A stretch of DNA of 64,000 nt from positions 1-64,000 of IMG/VR virus record IMGVR_UViG_3300020578_000006. One strand, written 5' to 3'. Shown here piece by piece: positions 16,851 through 24,714 of this stretch. The position numbers and the translations under genes are program-made. Positions within the stretch are counted from its first letter, which is position 1, and every line of letters starts with the position of its first letter. The notes beneath the pieces were generated by a model that was not told where the DNA came from, did no database searches, and saw nothing but the letters and a program-made list of their open reading frames with translations.

Positions 16851-17030
16851 ACTATTATTTAGTCTGATTTTGTAAAGATAATAATTCTTTTAAAGCATCT
16901 TCCAAGCTAACTTCTTTTAAATTATCCTTAATTTCTGGTTTAGGAGGTTCCACTATTTGACATAACTGCTGAAGCACTGAAGCTTCTAGGTTTTTAATTG
17001 TATTATCTTTTGTTATTGTAACGCCGGCTA

Positions 17031-17426
17031 TCACACACCGGCTACTGAAGGTACAATAGATTCAGCATTTTCATTACGACCGCGAGCGGAAAGATGGGTA
17101 TCTAATGCTTTACGGAGAATTTGTTCACACTCTTCAGTAGAATAAGATCTGTTTAAATCTCCTAGAAGCTTATTTGAAGCAACATCAATTCTTGTACCGC
17201 GAGCTTTTGATTCTTCTTGCTCGCTTTGCTGCTTCTTAGCAATTGCATCTGTTACTTTTCTATTTAAATTGGCTAGATATCTATCAGATGGTGTTCCTTT
17301 TTTACCATCGCGATCGATATCTTCTTTAGGGTTAGTAGACCTAGATCTCTTCTTCTCTTCTACTACTTCTGAGGAAGGTCTGCTCTTAACAAAATTTTCA
17401 AATATTAAGCGGCTATCGTTGTCCAT
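17031..17426 (-). CDS. late protein with MDNDSRLIFENF motif (putative internal head protein)
   Basis: Shared N-terminal motif; late promoter 6 nt upstream. Confidence 0.7.
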   Translation of the reverse strand: MDNDSRLIFENFVKSRPSSEVVEEKKRSRSTNPKEDIDRDGKKGTPSDRYLANLNRKVTDAIAKKQQSEQEESKARGTRIDVASNKLLGDLNRSYSTEECEQILRKALDTHLSARGRNENAESIVPSVAGV

Positions 17427-17429
17427 ATA

Positions 17430-18284
17430 TTATTTATTTGCCGATGGCTTATTTATTTGATAAGCCCCGGGGGTTCCTTTTGTGGTCAATCTAGGGCCTT
17501 TTGTTGTCATAACATAGTATGGGCCTTCGGATGGAGCCGGTGTTCCATCTGGTAGTGTTGCTTTTCTTACTGGCTCTTCTTTTGTTGGATCAACTCCCGG
17601 CGCAACAGTCTCGTCACCTGTAGCTGGGGCTGCTGGTGCAACAGTATCATCTTGAACTGGAGCACCCTTAATTGTAGCTCCATCCCCTGTATCAGATACC
17701 GCGCCTGTAACTGATGCCCCAGCAGGCGCAGCATCTGAGGTTTTGGGTATTGCTAATCTAGCTGGGGTATTGGGTATTGCTATTCTAGAATTGGTATCTG
17801 CAACCCCTCCTATAATACTAGCCGGGGTTTGTTCACCTCCACCAGAGGGGCCTAGATTTTTAATTACATTATTAACCATAGAAGCAATTTGTGGTGCTAA
17901 AGATAATGATTTAGATAGCATACTCAATTGTTGTGTTGTTGGTGATGCTAGTGAAATAATATTCAAAATGTAAGAAGGAAGGTTTTGTATTCCTGACTGT
18001 AAGGCTTGCAGCGAACCAGGTACATTATTTTTTTGTAAAATATCAGCTGTATCTTTAGCTTTAGTAAATGAATCGGAAATATTTTTTAATATTTTTTTTA
18101 CATCATCAATAGACAGACTCACGTTTTGTGGTGTTGTGACACCCGCAGCACCAGGCACTGCTTGAGGTAGAGGGGTACTAGATGTTGTAACGCTCTTATT
18201 AGGGCTTACAACAGCACCTGTCTCGTTAGCTTCTTTACAAACCTTTCTGTAGGCTTCAAATATTAAGCCAATATCATTTCTCAC
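17430..18284 (-). CDS. late Ala/Pro/Thr-rich protein with MRNDIGLIFEAY motif (putative internal/ejection protein)
   Basis: TATAAATA 4 nt upstream of GTG; shared N-terminal motif; low complexity. Confidence 0.75.
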   Translation of the reverse strand: MRNDIGLIFEAYRKVCKEANETGAVVSPNKSVTTSSTPLPQAVPGAAGVTTPQNVSLSIDDVKKILKNISDSFTKAKDTADILQKNNVPGSLQALQSGIQNLPSYILNIISLASPTTQQLSMLSKSLSLAPQIASMVNNVIKNLGPSGGGEQTPASIIGGVADTNSRIAIPNTPARLAIPKTSDAAPAGASVTGAVSDTGDGATIKGAPVQDDTVAPAAPATGDETVAPGVDPTKEEPVRKATLPDGTPAPSEGPYYVMTTKGPRLTTKGTPGAYQINKPSANK

Positions 18285-18306
18285 CTATTATTTATAGGCA
18301 AAAAAG

Positions 18307-18471
18307 TTATTTTTGAATTACAGCATCCTTTGGAAGATAAGCATTTAACTCTAGTTTAGAACCAATATACCCTGTTTGTACAAGGTTCTTAGACTTAATA
18401 TCAATAGTATAAACAGCATATCCACCACACGGGAGAGGCTTAACAATAGGTTTGTCTTTAGATTCGCTCAT
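18307..18471 (-). CDS. hypothetical protein (54 aa, MSESKDKPIV...)
   Basis: Hand translation. Confidence 0.55.
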   Translation of the reverse strand: MSESKDKPIVKPLPCGGYAVYTIDIKSKNLVQTGYIGSKLELNAYLPKDAVIQK

Positions 18472-18523
18472 TGATCTATTATATTGTTGACAACAAATAA
18501 TCTACAGAAGACTAAATAATAAT

Positions 18524-18847
18524 ATGAAGTCATTGAAACTAAGAGTTTCATCGTCTGACATCAAAAACGGAGAGAGATCTAACCCACAAAACTGCGCCAT
18601 TGCTCGTACACTTAAGAGAAATAATAGTATAAAAAAGCTTAAGAGTGTGAGTGTATTCCATAACGTTTGCATTATTAAAAAAGAAGAAAAAGGTAAAATT
18701 CAAAACTATCGTGCTGAAGTACCTTATGAAGCACAAAACTTCATAAGAAATTTCGATCATGGTGTTGCGGTTGTTCCTTTTAATCTATCTCTTAATTTTG
18801 AGAAGGTCAGCAACAGAACCGCCTTCCATAATCTCTACAACAGCTAA
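18524..18847 (+). CDS. conserved hypothetical phage protein
   Basis: DIKNGERSNPQNCAIAR motif; TAAATA 5 nt upstream. Confidence 0.75.
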   Translation: MKSLKLRVSSSDIKNGERSNPQNCAIARTLKRNNSIKKLKSVSVFHNVCIIKKEEKGKIQNYRAEVPYEAQNFIRNFDHGVAVVPFNLSLNFEKVSNRTAFHNLYNS

Positions 18848-18900
18848 ATGTTGTAGGGGGGTTGTTTTGTTATATTAAAGACCCTAGCCGTATGTAAACA

Positions 18901-18935
18901 CAAAAATAGGGCAAGGTTTTACCCTTACCCTATTT
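18901..18935 (-). terminator. rho-independent terminator (possibly bidirectional)
   Basis: AAATAGGG(C)AAGG...CCTT(A)CCCTATTT hairpin between convergent genes. Confidence 0.7.
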
Positions 18936-18953
18936 AAGGTACAGCAAGCAATA

Positions 18954-19259
18954 TTACTCAGAACGATGCTTGCCGTTCAAAGCGATGGCTCGCTTCAGCA
19001 CATCAGCGTTAATGGGCTTGTTATAGTCCGTAACGTTGAGGGCTTTGCGGGTCTCTTCCACCGACTGACCAGCACGCAGGAGCTTGAGAGCGCCGCGGCT
19101 GATGTAGTGGCTGAGATAAGCCTCGACGGAACCAGCGTTGATGGACTTACGTTCCAAATACGCACGATTCGTCAGACGGCTCTTGCCTGTGATCAAGCAA
19201 GTCAACCGAGGGGTCACCTCGCGCTCGCTCGACGTCCTAACCGTAGTAGCAGTAGTCAT
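18954..19259 (-). CDS. GC-rich early hypothetical protein (start MTTATT)
   Basis: Strong SD AAAGGAGGT before ATG; TTGACT-N16-TAGAAT promoter at 19289..19316; own terminator. Confidence 0.8.
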   Translation of the reverse strand: MTTATTVRTSSEREVTPRLTCLITGKSRLTNRAYLERKSINAGSVEAYLSHYISRGALKLLRAGQSVEETRKALNVTDYNKPINADVLKRAIALNGKHRSE

Positions 19260-19332
19260 TATATTACCTCCTTTCATCTTATTCATATATTCTATAGGAA
19301 GCTCAGTTCTAGTCAAGTAAAAATTAGTCAAT

Positions 19333-20169
19333 TTATTTAGTTGATTCTGAAGCGGTCAGCGACTCCATCTGTTTAAACTTGGAAAGGAGGTCCAGATCTT
19401 TATTAGAATTCTTCGGAGGAATAACTTTAATAAGATCGGTAATATGTGTTACTTCTTGAACCTCAGGCTTTTCCTCCTTAGTCCATTCATACCCCTTTTT
19501 ACCAATACTAATAATCATCTCCTTATCAGCTGGTCCGAACCTATTCTTACTCCAAGTAAATACCCTTAATGTATTATCTTCTTCATCTACATTAAGATTA
19601 ATACAAGCATCTACCCCGTGCAATACGGCCGTAGAGCCTTTGTACACACCTGCTTTAGTAAGATGACATAAAGCAATAACAGTACACTTTGTATCCTTAG
19701 CCCGAGCACAAAGACGTGCAATACAATGTTGTTCTTTTTTTCTCGGGGTCATCTGCTTTTTGGTAGATAGAGTTTGAAAGCTGTCAATTACGATAAATTC
19801 AAACTCTGACATCTTCTCACAAATAGCATCAATATCGGATTGAACTGCAATAGGAACATCTTTAACATTAAGACGCTTACAAGCAAATGCGAGTTGCTCG
19901 ATAGATTCCTCTCCAGAAGCATGAGCAACCTTTACACCTTTATCGTGAAGAGCCTGCGCAAGCTGAAGACAGAAAGTACTTTTACCAGTACCTGCACCTG
20001 CGGCTAATAGATAAACGCCCCCTCTAAGAAATCCACCAGTCTCGCTTTCAGCACCACCGAGAAACTCATCTACCTCAACAAGACCCGTCTTAAGCCTGTT
20101 AAAATAAATATCTGGAATTTTGACCTTATTTGCAGGTACAAAGTCCGTACTCTTTAATATCATTTTCAT
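19333..20169 (-). CDS. radA: RadA/Sms-like RecA-fold ATPase (core only)
   Basis: Walker A AGAGTGKST, SGEES, IVIDSFQ, KNRFG motif; no N-terminal Zn finger or Lon-like domain; TTGACT-N16-CATAAT promoter at 20177..20204. Confidence 0.85.
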   Translation of the reverse strand: MKMILKSTDFVPANKVKIPDIYFNRLKTGLVEVDEFLGGAESETGGFLRGGVYLLAAGAGTGKSTFCLQLAQALHDKGVKVAHASGEESIEQLAFACKRLNVKDVPIAVQSDIDAICEKMSEFEFIVIDSFQTLSTKKQMTPRKKEQHCIARLCARAKDTKCTVIALCHLTKAGVYKGSTAVLHGVDACINLNVDEEDNTLRVFTWSKNRFGPADKEMIISIGKKGYEWTKEEKPEVQEVTHITDLIKVIPPKNSNKDLDLLSKFKQMESLTASESTK

Positions 20170-20253
20170 TACCTATATTATGTATGAAATCGAGACTTAG
20201 TCAAGATAAAAAATAATATTGACATTCATAATCAGATATATTAAAATTGTATA

Positions 20254-20475
20254 ATGAACATTAAAAATAGTCCACCTTTTCCTATTAGTATGGTTAAACC
20301 TAAATTAAACCTGCCTCCAGAAAAAATGCGTAACCGTTATGGACGAATGGTTTATGGGCACAAAACCGCTGGTGCGATTGAGGTTATGACTAAAGAATGT
20401 TGGGATAGTAATAAGAAGTACTTCATTCCCAACGGTGCACGAAGTTGTGTTAAGAACTTTTCTAAAGTTACTTAG
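20254..20475 (+). CDS. hypothetical protein
   Basis: TTGACA-N17-TAAAAT promoter (20219..20247), ATG 6 nt after the -10. Confidence 0.65.
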   Translation: MNIKNSPPFPISMVKPKLNLPPEKMRNRYGRMVYGHKTAGAIEVMTKECWDSNKKYFIPNGARSCVKNFSKVT

Positions 20476-20487
20476 AATAAATAATAG

Positions 20488-20772
20488 ATGTTCGAACAAG
20501 TTTATGTTCAATTATTAACTGAAGAAATCTTGGAAGAAAAAAAAGGTTCTCGCTGTACTAAAGTTACAGGTCAACAATCTTCTACAAGATCAGATAAAAA
20601 GTATATGAGATGTACCCGCGTTGGGGGGAAGTTAAAACGTGTTCATTATGGAGATCCCAAAAGAAGAATTAAAAAATCTAATCCAAAAAAGCGCGCCTCG
20701 TTTAGGGCTAGACATAAATGTTCATCGGCAAAGCCTGGTACTGCTAAATACTTTAGCTGTAAGAACTGGTAA
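20488..20772 (+). CDS. conserved T4-like late basic protein
   Basis: RASFRARHKC...KYFSCKNW motif; TAAATA 4 nt upstream; acidic LTEEILEE N-terminus. Confidence 0.8.
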   Translation: MFEQVYVQLLTEEILEEKKGSRCTKVTGQQSSTRSDKKYMRCTRVGGKLKRVHYGDPKRRIKKSNPKKRASFRARHKCSSAKPGTAKYFSCKNW

Positions 20773-20816
20773 TAATAAATCTTGATATATATTAAAAATA
20801 CATCTATAATAGATGT

Positions 20817-21098
20817 ATGACTAAGAGAAAAGAGTATGATGCTGTTCTCAATAAAATTGTTAATACCTCTAAAGTGGTGTCTAGAGGACAAAGGGTACCA
20901 GTTATAGAACTTACTTTTAAGCCAGATGGTTATAGAAAAGATGGACACTTGGTTTATGTAGATTATAGGTGTGCTAAAGAGCTTATTGAGAAATTAAACG
21001 ATCAAGTAAGAGAGATAGAAACAACCTATTATCCCTATGAGCTGTTTAATAGAATAAATAATAGAGTCCATGAAGGACTCAAAGATCAAGAAGGGTAG
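20817..21098 (+). CDS. hypothetical protein
   Basis: TTGATA-N17-TATAAT promoter, ATG 6 nt after the -10. Confidence 0.7.
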   Translation: MTKRKEYDAVLNKIVNTSKVVSRGQRVPVIELTFKPDGYRKDGHLVYVDYRCAKELIEKLNDQVREIETTYYPYELFNRINNRVHEGLKDQEG

Positions 21099-21288
21099 CC
21101 TTGAAGAGCTATTCTATTTAATCTACGATAAAGAACCAGAACTATCGTCTGAGAGTAGTATTGCTTGTGAGAAGTTTAAGTCTACTATGGAGTTGGTTAA
21201 TTTTAATACTGATCTGTATGATGCACTTCATGGAAAGGATGGTTGGCATTATAACCTTTTGACTGGTAAATTAGAAAGAAGAGTTTAA
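21070..21288 (+). CDS. hypothetical protein
   Basis: 72 aa ORF. Confidence 0.6.
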   Translation: MKDSKIKKGSLEELFYLIYDKEPELSSESSIACEKFKSTMELVNFNTDLYDALHGKDGWHYNLLTGKLERRV

Positions 21289-21300
21289 CCTTAATCTGTT

Positions 21301-21374
21301 GCACCTGTAGCTCAGTTGGATAGAGCAGCAGATTTCTAATCTGCGGGTCACAGGTTCGAACCCTGTCAGGTGCG
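21301..21374 (+). tRNA. trnR: tRNA-Arg(UCU)
   Basis: GCACCUG/CAGGUGC acceptor; GCAGA-UUUCUAA-UCUGC. Confidence 0.93.
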
Positions 21375-21382
21375 AATAATTT

Positions 21383-21661
21383 ATGAAAGTAAAATATAAC
21401 AACAAAGATGTTGAATTTACCCCGCTATTACAAGTGTTGCAGGTAAAAAAAGATTTATTATTTGCAGTAGAACCTTTAAAGAAAAAGATTAGCGTCGACC
21501 CAACTACTACTGCTGCAATAATGTTTAATGTATTAGGGTTTTATGTTCAGTTATTACAAGATAATGAACAAATAGAATTTGTTGCAGATGTACAGAGGGA
21601 ATTAAAAGAAATGATTGAAACAGGTTTTGATAGATTTGATAGAGGTGAGAAGATAAAATAA
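21383..21661 (+). CDS. hypothetical protein
   Basis: 92 aa ORF inside the tRNA cluster. Confidence 0.7.
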   Translation: MKVKYNNKDVEFTPLLQVLQVKKDLLFAVEPLKKKISVDPTTTAAIMFNVLGFYVQLLQDNEQIEFVADVQRELKEMIETGFDRFDRGEKIK

Positions 21662-21662
21662 C

Positions 21663-21740
21663 ATGCTGGGTAGACCTTTTAGTGCTTTCGAGTCTTTGGG
21701 ATAATTAAAGGAAAAGTACGTCAAATTATCCACCAGCATT
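21663..21740 (+). ncRNA. candidate small structured RNA in tRNA cluster
   Basis: AUGCUGG/CCAGCAU closing stem, inner AGAC/GUCU and GGAUAAUU/AAUUAUCC arms; ends 2 nt before tRNA-Tyr. Confidence 0.45.
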
Positions 21741-21742
21741 AT

Positions 21743-21825
21743 GCCGGGGTGCCAGAGTGGTCAAATGGACCTGATTTGTAATCAGGCGCGAAAGCTACGC
21801 AGGTTCAAATCCTGTCCCCGGCCCA
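21743..21825 (+). tRNA. trnY: tRNA-Tyr(GUA)
   Basis: CUGA-UUGUAA-UCAG anticodon arm; long variable arm GC-GAAA-GC. Confidence 0.9.
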
Positions 21826-21827
21826 TT

Positions 21828-21900
21828 TGCCAGGTGGTGCAATTGGTAGCACAGCAGACTTTGGATCTGCATGTTCTAGGTTCGAGTCCTAGCCTGGCAG
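21828..21900 (+). tRNA. trnQ: tRNA-Gln(UUG)
   Basis: UGCCAGG/CCUGGCA acceptor; GCAGA-CUUUGGA-UCUGC. Confidence 0.93.
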
Positions 21901-21976
21901 TGCTATATGGCTCATTTATTATTTTTAGCAATAAATTACTTTAGAATTATTATATACTATTGACATAAATAATATT

Positions 21977-22195
21977 ATGCCCGTAACAGTCACAAAAGTA
22001 GACACATTTCAAGCAAAATTAAATAGTGCTTTATTCAATCTAACTCAAGCAGATCCAACAACATATCCTGCAGTAACGTCTATGAGAATTGATGGTCCAG
22101 ATACTTCTAATGCATTTACAGGTACAACATTTGAATCGATCACGGCTTACTATATCTTTGATCAGTACGCATTAAGAACTAGAAATTCTCCGTAA
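21977..22195 (+). CDS. late small protein (possible virion component)
   Basis: TAAATA 5 nt upstream; T/S-rich. Confidence 0.7.
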   Translation: MPVTVTKVDTFQAKLNSALFNLTQADPTTYPAVTSMRIDGPDTSNAFTGTTFESITAYYIFDQYALRTRNSP

Positions 22196-22223
22196 CGCCA
22201 TTTAAAAACGACTAAATATTCTT

Positions 22224-22895
22224 ATGTTTTCAATAGCCGACTTATGGGCTAATACAGAGACTACAAACCATATTGTAGCGTTAGCAATTGCTTTTATTAC
22301 GGGTGTATTAAGCCCGATTATAGCCTCCTGGGCTAAGGCAAGATTTTCTTTTAAGAAGGTAGAAATAGAAGAAGAAGAAACAGATGAGATTTTAAAAATG
22401 TTAAACGCAAATGAATTAGTAGATGAAAGAATAGAAAATATAAGAGCAGATTATGATTTCGATAGAGTGTGGATTGCACAATTTCACAACGGTGGTTCTT
22501 TTTATCCTTCAGATAAAGTTTTAAATAAATTTCAAAAGTTTAGCTTAACTTATGAGGCATGTAAAAATAATATTTCAAGTGAGTTAAGTACAGTGCAAAA
22601 TGTACCGGTAACTGTCTTTACCTCTATATTAAGAAAAGTTAAAGAAGATGGCTATTTTGGAATTGATAATGTATCTGATGCAGTAGATACGAGTATGTCA
22701 TTAAAGCCGTTTTGGTGTGAACGGGGTGTGAAGAGTTTTGTGATAGTTGCAATAAAAAGTTTAGATAAGAAGTTTTTAGGAATTATGGTCGTAGATATGG
22801 TAACACAGGTTAGACCGTTTTCTGAAGAAATTATTAAAAATCTTATTGTCGAATCCAAAATACTTGGAGGATACTTGGTACGAGAAAATACGTAG
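22224..22895 (+). CDS. single-TM protein with GAF-like domain (T4 holin T-like candidate)
   Basis: N-terminal TM, then DRVWIAQFHNGG...FSLTYE...LGIMVVD; late promoter 5 nt upstream. Confidence 0.55.
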   Translation: MFSIADLWANTETTNHIVALAIAFITGVLSPIIASWAKARFSFKKVEIEEEETDEILKMLNANELVDERIENIRADYDFDRVWIAQFHNGGSFYPSDKVLNKFQKFSLTYEACKNNISSELSTVQNVPVTVFTSILRKVKEDGYFGIDNVSDAVDTSMSLKPFWCERGVKSFVIVAIKSLDKKFLGIMVVDMVTQVRPFSEEIIKNLIVESKILGGYLVRENT

Positions 22896-22915
22896 ATATA
22901 GTTTATAATAAAAGA

Positions 22916-23104
22916 ATGAGGCGTCGTAATTATTTTTACCGAACGCATGAAGAGGATTATAATTCATTGGCCCGGGATGCAGCCGAGCTTTATGTTTTTA
23001 GAAAAAGTTTACTTGAAGCACAATTATGTTCTAAGAGATTAATTTTATTTCTTGTAACCAGTGGGCTAATTAGTATCTCACTTCTACTTACATTAATGTT
23101 TTAA
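22916..23104 (+). CDS. small membrane-anchored protein
   Basis: TATAAT 6 nt upstream; C-terminal hydrophobic stretch. Confidence 0.6.
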   Translation: MRRRNYFYRTHEEDYNSLARDAAELYVFRKSLLEAQLCSKRLILFLVTSGLISISLLLTLMF

Positions 23105-23373
23105 TGCATGTTTTACTTCGTCTAAAAATTGAGGAGAAAAGTAACAATTGCCCCTATACTCCTCAATCGGTGAGTGATATCACTGAATCTATTAAAGAGG
23201 CCGTATTAAGACTTAAGATTAAAAACCCTCTTTTTGAGACGCTAGTCAAATTAGAAAAAAATAAAGTCACATATTGTCAGTTTAAAATGTCACCGACTGT
23301 GTGGAGATTTTTTCTCGCAGCCTTCGGTTCAGTTGAGACTATTGAAAGAGACTACGAAATATATTTAGTTTAA
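23104..23373 (+). CDS. hypothetical protein
   Basis: 89 aa, TAATG overlap. Confidence 0.6.
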   Translation: MHVLLRLKIEEKSNNCPYTPQSVSDITESIKEAVLRLKIKNPLFETLVKLEKNKVTYCQFKMSPTVWRFFLAAFGSVETIERDYEIYLV

Positions 23374-23410
23374 CCTTGCTTTTTCGTTTCATAACTTATA
23401 ATATAACCAG

Positions 23411-23569
23411 ATGAGAGAGCTAATTGTACAAATCTTTTTTCTTGGAATTGCGATTGGTTTTTCTTTATATTTTTATTATGCTTGGCAAATTTCTAAAAAA
23501 GACGATCTTTCTTCTACCCGTAGTAGGAAAAGTGGTGGAGGCGCTAAAAAGCGTTCCAACAAAAAGTGA
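23411..23569 (+). CDS. small membrane protein (52 aa, MRELIVQIFF...KKRSNKK)
   Basis: Hand translation: TM followed by a basic tail; replaces the spurious 23424..23732 ORF. Confidence 0.65.
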   Translation: MRELIVQIFFLGIAIGFSLYFYYAWQISKKDDLSSTRSRKSGGGAKKRSNKK

Positions 23570-23640
23570 GGTTTGGGGTTATCCTTTTTTCTTTTATGAA
23601 AGAAAACCCCGCTTATTTTCGAATATGATACCGGGCATTT

Positions 23641-23731
23641 GGCCCGGTAGTTTAATGGTAAAACAGCAGACTTATACTCTGTATTATCGCCAGATTAGCG
23701 TAAAATGTAGGTTCGACTCCTACCCGGGCTA
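23641..23731 (+). tRNA. trnI: tRNA-Ile(UAU) with long variable arm
   Basis: GGCCCGG/CCGGGCU acceptor, GCAGA-CUUAUAC-UCUGU, 24-nt variable region with CGC/GCG stem, GUAGG-UUCGACU-CCUAC T-arm. Confidence 0.85.
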
Positions 23732-23735
23732 GTGT

Positions 23736-24530
23736 ATGATTATAGATTGCTTTACATACAATAATGAAGAGGAGATGCTCAATTTTAGACTTCATGAATT
23801 AAATCACGTAGTAGACAAATTTGTTTTATTGGAAAGCCCTTACTACCATCAAGGCGGTTTAAAACAGAATACCTTTGAAAAGCATAAAGTGAAGTTTATA
23901 CAATTTAAAAATAAGATTGTACATATCGTTCATACTGCCAAGCCTCATCCCAATCCCTGGATTAATGAAAAGAATTTAAGAAATGTTGCTACAACCGGTT
24001 TAAAGTATATTAAACCGAGTTCTACTGATTATGTAGGTATATCAGATATTGATGAGATACCTGACCCTCTTGCTCTTGAAAAGTTAAAAGAGATAAAGCC
24101 TAAGATTTTACTTGGTTTTATGCATAATTTTTATTACTATAATATTAATTGTAGGAAGAGAAATAAGTGGTTTGGTTCTGTATTTGGAGATTTAGATAGT
24201 ATATATTACCATTTTAATAATGATTTTAATGAGCTAAGACATGCATTAAAACGGGGAGATTCAAATTTAAAAGTGGCGGGGCTCAAAACATTTTCTGCAG
24301 GGGGTTGGCATTTTTCTTATTTTGGTACTTTAGATAAAATAATAGAGAAATTAGAAAGCTTTACTCATTCTGAATATAATAAATCTGAGTATAAGAACAA
24401 AGACAATATTATAAAGGCTATTAGAGAAGGTAAAGATTTGTTTAACCGGGGTGGAAATGAAGATTTGAATATAATAACAGAAACTTACCTTCCAAAGTAC
24501 ACTAATTTGTTGCCAAATATATTTGTATAA
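23736..24530 (+). CDS. glycosyltransferase family 17 (beta-1,4-GlcNAc-transferase III-like)
   Basis: MIIDCFTYNNE...LNHVVDKFVLLES, ISDIDEIP, GGWHFSY motifs. Confidence 0.88.
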   Translation: MIIDCFTYNNEEEMLNFRLHELNHVVDKFVLLESPYYHQGGLKQNTFEKHKVKFIQFKNKIVHIVHTAKPHPNPWINEKNLRNVATTGLKYIKPSSTDYVGISDIDEIPDPLALEKLKEIKPKILLGFMHNFYYYNINCRKRNKWFGSVFGDLDSIYYHFNNDFNELRHALKRGDSNLKVAGLKTFSAGGWHFSYFGTLDKIIEKLESFTHSEYNKSEYKNKDNIIKAIREGKDLFNRGGNEDLNIITETYLPKYTNLLPNIFV

Positions 24531-24567
24531 ACAGTTGATAACTGAATTTTTATTATAAAATTAAACT

Positions 24568-24714
24568 ATGGCCGGTAAAGGAAGTAAGCCAAGAAATTGT
24601 TTTAGCAAGGAGTTTAAAAGAAACTTCGACGATATAAACTGGGTAACTAAAGAAGGTAAAGAGATTAGAAACTATAAAGAAAAGAAAGGGAAGAAAATTT
24701 ACAAATACCCATGA
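24568..24714 (+). CDS. small basic protein (48 aa, MAGKGSKPR...)
   Basis: Hand translation; ATGA overlap with the next gene. Confidence 0.65.
   Translation: MAGKGSKPRNCFSKEFKRNFDDINWVTKEGKEIRNYKEKKGKKIYKYP

Noticed and set aside
18548-19340. Overlapping ORFs 18548..18760, 18966..19340, 19138..19320
   Set aside because: Shadows of 18524..18847 and the promoter/SD-supported 18954..19259 gene; long antisense frames are expected in GC-richer DNA
21741-21944. 67-aa ORF
   Set aside because: Coincides with tRNA-Tyr and tRNA-Gln
23424-23732. 102-aa ORF
   Set aside because: Wrong frame for the real 23411..23569 gene and runs through the UAU tRNA
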